Source of the DNA: Octopus bimaculoides
Lineage: Eukaryota
NCBI RefSeq assembly: GCF_001194135.2
Contig: NC_068987.1
Coordinates: forward strand, 75,627,191-75,685,104
Direction: 5' to 3'
DNA length: 57,914 nucleotides
Notes under the pieces: model-generated
The model's database searches: none
What the model was told of the DNA's origin: nothing
What the model saw: the letters and a program-made list of their open reading frames with translations, nothing else
Program-made: the position numbers and the translations under genes
Part shown: positions 50,959-57,914 of the stretch, piece by piece
How the letters are laid out: every line of letters starts with the position of its first letter
How positions within the stretch are numbered: the stretch's first letter is position 1

Positions 50959-51859
50959 ATTTCCTCCTTCATTTATTCAATACTCACGTCTATTCTGCGA
51001 AAGTGCTTGTATGCCTAACGCAAAGAACTCAAAATTTGCCAATAAAACACAGCAGTAACCCTTCCTTTACACATCGCTTCATTTAATTAGTTTTTATCTA
51101 AGTATGTATGATAACTAGATCTAGTGTTCTACTTTCCATCACTACAGGTATTTATCTATTAGTGGTTTGCGTTATTGACTTCCAGTGGAAAGAGCAGATA
51201 AATACGTGAGTAGAGACCTTTATGGCCAGCCGTCTCTTAATTTTTAAATATACTGAAGATGAGAACCTGCTGTTGTAAATGAGAGACGAAATCGATAGCT
51301 CGAATTCGGCGCACCAACAGTTTATCGCCTTTCCACAGTAGCTTCATGGTTATAAACCCATTCACACACCTACACAAACACAAGATAAACACAAAAGTAC
51401 ATAAGAAGCATACACCCTCATATGTATAGAACTGCACATGTGTACATCCGCGCATCTACTCATTCATTCATACACTAACACATACGTTGCCTTCACTAAA
51501 ACATATCTATACAAATATTCACCCATTCATACACAAACACACGCAATCACACATAATTCTGCACATAGACAGACACAAACACATACATAAGCTCTCAAAT
51601 AAAACCACAGACGTATATAAATACAGATATTTATTCTTGACCGTACTGCGTTGCCTTTTATTGCATTAGGAAAAGTGAGAACTGAGAGTAATACATTAAA
51701 ATAACTGAGATGCCAATAAAGGAGACAATAAAAGGAAACAAAACGAATTTGTAATAAAAGAATTAAGAGAAATATTGAAATAAAGATAACAGCCATTAGA
51801 TTGGGAACTTGTAAACCATGAATTTAACGAAATCAAGGTCATATTCCGGCGGCAATCAT

Positions 51860-52250
51860 TAAGAAAAGAATTTATTTCACAATTCAGCTGTTCTCGGAGT
51901 GGAGGTGGGGGTCTTCTTCATGAAATTGTAGTGTATTTGTGTAGTATTCAGGAAGCACCAATATGATTTGGTAAAGTTGGCAAGGGGACTTCTGGGAGGG
52001 AATTCTCGAACAGGTGGAACCAATGAATATCTCATTTGAATATGTTTCGTGGAAGTAACAGCAGAAAAGGGCCAATCTTTCAGCATTCCATCGTTGATAG
52101 AACAATGGAGTGATAGAAAGATGTTACAATTAAATAGACTATGCATTCGTTCTACCAAGCGTGGTTAGAACTTCTTCGGAGGAACTCGCTCAAATGCATG
52201 AGCATTATTCTATTTTGGGGTAGATGTGTAGATGTGGTTTTATCTTCAGT
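51860..52250 (-). mobile_element. CR1/Jockey-group LINE 3' fragment
   Basis: Overlapping frames give LALFCCYFHETYSNEI, SLVPPVREFP..SPLA and PRTAEL*N, resembling the SLFYRYFHG.CS.EL.SLVPP...PRTA.LWN thumb region. Confidence 0.6.
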
Positions 52251-52344
52251 AACGTTACACCGTAGCATAAGTTCACGAGTATCTACGCATACGTATACGA
52301 GCAGCGACTTTGTACAGCAATATATATATATGTATATATATATA

Positions 52345-52672
52345 TGTTGTTGTTGGCACTCCGTCGCTTACGACGTCGAGGGTTCCAGTTGATCCGATCA
52401 ACGGAACAGCCTGCTCGTGAAATTAACGTGCAAGTGGCTGAGCACTCCACAGACACGTGTACCCTTAACTTAGTTCTCGGGAATATTCAGCGTGACACAT
52501 GTGACAAAGCTGACCCTTTGAATTACAGGCACAACAGAAACAGGAAGTAAGAGTGAGAGAAAGTTGTGGTGGAAGAGTACAGCAGGGTTCGCCACCATCC
52601 CCTGCCGGAGCCTCGTGGAACTTTAGGTGTTTTCGCTCAATAAACACTCACAACGCCCAGTCTGGGAATCGA
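52345..52672 (-). mobile_element. SINE family C (head runs into gap)
   Basis: GTTGTTGGCACTCCGTCGCTTACGACGTCGAGGGTTCCAGTTGATCCG...GGGAATCGA. Confidence 0.9.
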
Positions 52673-53220
52673 NNNNNNNNNNNNNNNNNNNNNNNNNNNN
52701 NNNNNNNNNNNNNNNNNNNNNNNNNNNNNNNNNNNNNNNNNNNNNNNNNNNNNNNNNNNNNNNNNNNNNNNNNNNNNNNNNNNNNNNNNNNNNNNNNNNN
52801 NNNNNNNNNNNNNNNNNNNNNNNNNNNNNNNNNNNNNNNNNNNNNNNNNNNNNNNNNNNNNNNNNNNNNNNNNNNNNNNNNNNNNNNNNNNNNNNNNNNN
52901 NNNNNNNNNNNNNNNNNNNNNNNNNNNNNNNNNNNNNNNNNNNNNNNNNNNNNNNNNNNNNNNNNNNNNNNNNNNNNNNNNNNNNNNNNNNNNNNNNNNN
53001 NNNNNNNNNNNNNNNNNNNNNNNNNNNNNNNNNNNNNNNNNNNNNNNNNNNNNNNNNNNNNNNNNNNNNNNNNNNNNNNNNNNNNNNNNNNNNNNNNNNN
53101 NNNNNNNNNNNNNNNNNNNNNNNNNNNNNNNNNNNNNNNNNNNNNNNNNNNNNNNNNNNNNNNNNNNNNNNNNNNNNNNNNNNNNNNNNNNNNNNNNNNN
53201 NNNNNNNNNATACATATATA

Positions 53221-53742
53221 CTCTTTTACTCTTTTACTTGTCTCAGTCACTTGATTGCGGCCACGCTGGAGCACCGCCTTTAGTCAAGCAAATCGACCCT
53301 AGGACTTATTCTTTGTAAGCCTACTACTTATACTATCGGTCTCTTTGCTCGAACCGCTAAGTTACGGGGACGTAAACACATCAGCATCGGTTGTCAAGCG
53401 ATGTTGGGGAGACAAACACAGACACACCAACATATACTCACACATACATATATATATACATATATACGACGGGCTTCTTTCAGTTTCCGTCTACGAAATC
53501 CACTCACAAGGCTTTGGTCGGCCCGAGTCTATAGTAGAAGACNNNNNNNNNNTCACACATACATATATATATACATATATACGACGGGCTTCTTTCAGTT
53601 TCCGTCTACGAAATCCACTCACAAGGCTTTGGTCGGCCCGAGTCTATAGTAGAAGACACTTGCCCAAGGTGCCACGAAGTGGGAGTGAACCCAGAACCAT
53701 GTGGTTGGTAAGCAAGCTACTTACCACACAGCCACTCCTGCG
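53221..53742 (-). mobile_element. SINE family A, full length, with an artefactual duplication around a 10-N gap
   Basis: Complete tail-body-head; about 53455-53542 is repeated at about 53575-53660. Confidence 0.9.
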
Positions 53743-53888
53743 CATCCATACGAGTGTGTGTAAGTGTGTATGAAACTGCGAAGTCCAACAATGAGATGGA
53801 TGGATTTAGACATCTTGAACGATAATATAAAATACAAATGGAATGTAACAGAAAATGAATCAACGTTCACAAACTAACAAACAAACAA

Positions 53889-53920
<32 letters not shown>

Positions 53921-54062
53921 ACGCACTCACGCCGTACAGACACGCACACACCCGCGCACACACATTCACATATTAAGCGTGCATTTTTTTCTTGACATAT
54001 ATACCTGAATACATACATATATTACCTTTGTCAGATGGTTTTGAAAAGGAGCGCTGTTGGGA

Positions 54063-54113
<51 letters not shown>

Positions 54114-55066
54114 NNNNNNNNNNNNNNNNNNNNNNNNNNNNNNNNNNNNNNNNNNNNNNNNNNNNNNNNNNNNNNNNNNNNNNNNNNNNNNNNNNNNNNN
54201 NNNNNNNNNNNNNNNNNNNNNNNNNNNNNNNNNNNNNNNNNNNNNNNNNNNNNNNNNNNNNNNNNNNNNNNNNNNNNNNNNNNNNNNNNNNNNNNNNNNN
54301 NNNNNNNNNNNATATATATATATATAGATGTAATACATTCTTTTCGTCAGTCACTCGAGATTAAAAAGATAAGTGACGCCGTTTAACATGCAGCTCTTAG
54401 CTACGGTATTTTTGTTATGTATCACTCTACCAATTAGTCGCAATCCTGTAAATGAGTCACTTAGTCGGTCATTATTCTATCTCTTCTCTTTCGCTTTTAA
54501 TTACCTTTTCACCAACTTACAGACAATGTTGGGTCCCAAAATTACTAAAGAACATTGCAAAACATGAAATATCAGTAACAGAAGCAACAATAATAATTGG
54601 CTGGTTGCAATGATCCCTTCCTCACACTTTTGCAATATCTTTATATTCTACCAGACCCCTGCACATACGTAACCTATATTTCTTCTCTTTTTAACTTAAG
54701 TTAATTACAGGCCATGAAGACATTAAATGGAGTTTATTCCAAGAATGTAGTATGTGAGAATATATCAAAGAGATAATCACCAACAAAACGAAAGTGATGT
54801 TGATAATTCTGATTTCTAACATTTGCATTATATAACAGACGTATAGTAGGTTGTATTTGAACTTAAGCATATTTCTGGTATTAGTTTTCGGGCCGAGTAT
54901 ATTACTGATATTGATTTTATAGCTCACGGAGTAATGAAAAACAAACTTCATTTCTGTTATTTTAGTCTAGAATTGATCGGATATAACCGAGCAATACTGG
55001 ATAGGGACGGATTGTGCTTGCCCTCCTCGAATACTGATAACAATTACTAATATTTGGAATGAGTTT

Positions 55067-55285
55067 AAGGCGACGAGCTGGCAGAATCGTTAGCACACCG
55101 AGCAAAATGCTTAGCAGCATTTCGTCCGTCTTTACATTCTGAGTTCAAATTCAACCGAGATCGACTTTGCCTGTCATCCTTTCGGGGTCGATAAAATTAG
55201 TACCGGTAGATTATGGGGGTCGATATAATCGACTTACCTCCTTTTCCGAAATTGCTAGCCTTGGACCAAAATTTGAAATCAGTAT
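55067..55285 (+). mobile_element. SINE family B
   Basis: AAGGCGACGAGCTGGCAGAATCGTTAGCAC...GAGTTCAAATTC...AAATTTGAAA tail variant. Confidence 0.85.
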
Positions 55286-56885
55286 TTGGAACAACTATAC
55301 ACATTTTGAGAAAGTAGTGTAATCGATTAAATTAGTCCCAATATTTGATTACTTAAGCTATTGATTTCAAGATGGTTTGAGCTCATAAAATAAAAAAGCA
55401 TAGTTGAATAACGTAAAGCATTTTGTCTGCCCACTTCCAATACAAGTAAGTACAGTTCTCTTAATAGTAATAACAGGAAAGAATCATTAGACGAATTATA
55501 AAAGCTATTATTTGAGCTTATTTACACATAGTATCTGGAGATATCGTTACTAATGTGAAAAATCTACAACACTGACAGTATACGTTTCACAACCTTTTTA
55601 GTGATGTCACAGGGTGTGTCTCTTAATTGTCGACGACAGCGTTCTAATAGATGAAGGTTCCCATATCTTGGCTCCCTGATCTCCGATAACTTCATCTTGT
55701 AAACCTATACAAGGAACGGTAACTATAGGAGCGAAAATAGCTGGAAGCTAACAATGGTACTCTTATGTGGCCACCTGATTGACTTGAAATAACAGCAAAA
55801 TCTCCTTTAAAGTACATCCGAGAATTGAATCTGATTGCAGATGGAATTTGATTACAGATGGAAAATATTTTTCTTTAGATCTCTTGGATTAGTGTATATA
55901 GGGAGCTAGGCAAGAAACATAACCATAGTACCTGCCGGAACAGATGGAGAAATTTGTCAATGTTTGGAGAGAATACCAGAAATACCCTCATGACACCAGC
56001 AGAAATTTAATAAAATATGCTTTTCTAGTTCTAATTTTACACGTTTCAGCTCTTTTCACACTCTCAATGGAATCAGCGGACGTGAAATGAAACAAACGAT
56101 CAGAATGTTGTTGACAATATTCGTTTCTAACAGCGATATAAGACTCGTAATGTTGGGAAACGAAGAGTTGCAATACTATCAACTCCACTATTTCATTGGT
56201 AGTAATTTATCGACCTCAAAAGGATGAAAGACAAAGTCTGCCTTAGCAGGGTTAAAACTGAAAACATAAGACATAAGTTGATGTAACTAAATACCGCAGT
56301 TCGTTTTATCCGTTGTTCTACCAATTTTGTAAATTATGTGCCAGACTTCTCGTAATGATATAAAACGGCTGTAGTCGAAAAAAAAAATAGTGAGGTTCTG
56401 TTTCAACAGAAAATATTAAATATAGTTCAAATAACAAAGGATAATTTTTAGTCTGTGAAGGAAATAGAAGTAGCGTTTCGGATGGAAACGTTTCATCAAA
56501 AAGAACAGAAATTTCAAGTGGGGTTAAAATATAAAAAATATTAGGGTTAATAGACACTAATTCTAGTTCCTTTGCGCTACATCAGAGGAAAATTCTGCGA
56601 CATTTTCCCTTGTTCACGTCATCAATTCATTCCATTTTTTCTTGAGCTATTTGCACCACTAATGGTGTTCATAATTAATATTGGCATTAAAACTAATGGT
56701 TGAGTGAAATGACTCCCGAAATAGCTTATAGTATTTATATTCCTCTACCCTATGAGTTCCTCTATCTTGGTTTACTGAGTTCAGTTCTAGAATAAACCCT
56801 AATTGCAATGTACGAATACACCAAAATGCATTCCATTAGCAATCAATTTGTATATAAATATATATATATATATATATACACTTCC

Positions 56886-57437
56886 GTTTACTTTTTTTAC
56901 TTGTTTCAATCATTTGACTGTGGCCATGCTAGAGCACGGCCTTTAAGGGTGTTAGTCGAAGAAATTAACACCAGGATTCATTCTTTGTAAGCCTAGTACT
57001 TATTCTATCGGTCTCTTTGCCGAACCGCTAAGTTACGGTGACATAAACGCTCAAGCATCGGTTGCCAAGCGATGGTTGGGAGACAAACACAGATACATAC
57101 ACTCACACAAATATCTACATATATNNNNNNNNNNNNNNNNNNNNNNNNNNNNNNNNNNNNNNNNNNNNNNNNNNNNNNNNNNNNNNNNNNNNNNNNNNNN
57201 NNNNNNNNNNNNNNNNNNNNNNNNNNNNNNNNNNNNNNNNNNNNNNNNNNNNNNNNNNNNNNNNNNNNNNNNNNNNNNNNNNNNNNNATATATATATATA
57301 TATAAGATGGGCTTCTTCCAGTTTCTGTCTACCAAATCCACTCACAAAGCTTTAGTCGGCCCAAGGCTATATTAGAAGACACTTGTCCAGGGTGCCATGT
57401 AGTGGGATTGAACCTGGAGCGATGTTGTTAGGAAGCA

Positions 57438-57440
<3 letters not shown>
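56886..57440 (-). mobile_element. SINE family A spanning a gap
   Basis: Tail at 56886-57120 and body at 57306-57440 match family A. Confidence 0.85.
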
Positions 57441-57479
<39 letters not shown>

Positions 57480-57914
57480 TGCAATTCTCTACAACTGTTT
57501 ACAATAATCACAAGTAACCATAGCAACAACAAGGCAGCTACGGAGTCGCATCACAGTTTCTCTAAAAAAGTACAAATAGTGGCCAGTCGGCAAATGAACC
57601 TTAATTCCATCGAACAGTCTAAAAAAGGAAAGGAGCTACATCAGATGATATTGATCCAGATATATTCGTGAAAAGGCGGGTATGTATGGAATGTCCTTGA
57701 TCACAGGTTTGCTCAATTAAGCCAGATTCGGGGATTAAAACAAAAACCAATAACAATAACAACAACAACACCATGATGATCAAATATATAACAACAAACA
57801 CAATAAGATTAGTTCCTCCGGGCTGCGTTACCACACGCAAACACAGGCATGCATACATTCGCGTGTACATACATATACTTATAAACATACAAATAATATA
57901 TATATATATATATA

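Noticed and set aside
53455-53660. Tandem duplication within a SINE A copy
   Set aside because: Identical copies separated by a 10-N gap are the signature of unmerged overlapping contigs.

Overview
Repeat-saturated, AT-rich stretch of a draft eukaryotic assembly with 14 N-gaps. The three abundant tRNA-derived SINE families resemble those I associate with octopus genomes, so the source is probably a coleoid cephalopod (inference). I could not identify an intact host protein-coding gene. Almost all long ORFs in the track are translated microsatellites or run across N-gaps. Interpretable coding sequence is transposon-derived: (1) several broken copies of an R4/Dong-like non-LTR retrotransposon (RT, CCHC knuckle, PD-type restriction-like endonuclease) whose junctions sit in (CATA)n microsatellites; (2) two RTE 3' fragments; (3) CR1-group fragments; (4) a decayed Chapaev3-like transposase; (5) a mariner 5' fragment and mariner-type MITEs. 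The most notable patterns are apparent microsatellite targeting ((CATA)n for the R4-like LINE, (TAA)n for a 557-bp non-coding element and one SINE family), head-to-tail SINE multimers, and an unusually large set of fold-back palindromes, several formed inside SINEs. I found no evidence for a wholly new biological system. All calls come from reading the sequence by eye, without database searches, and element boundaries are approximate.
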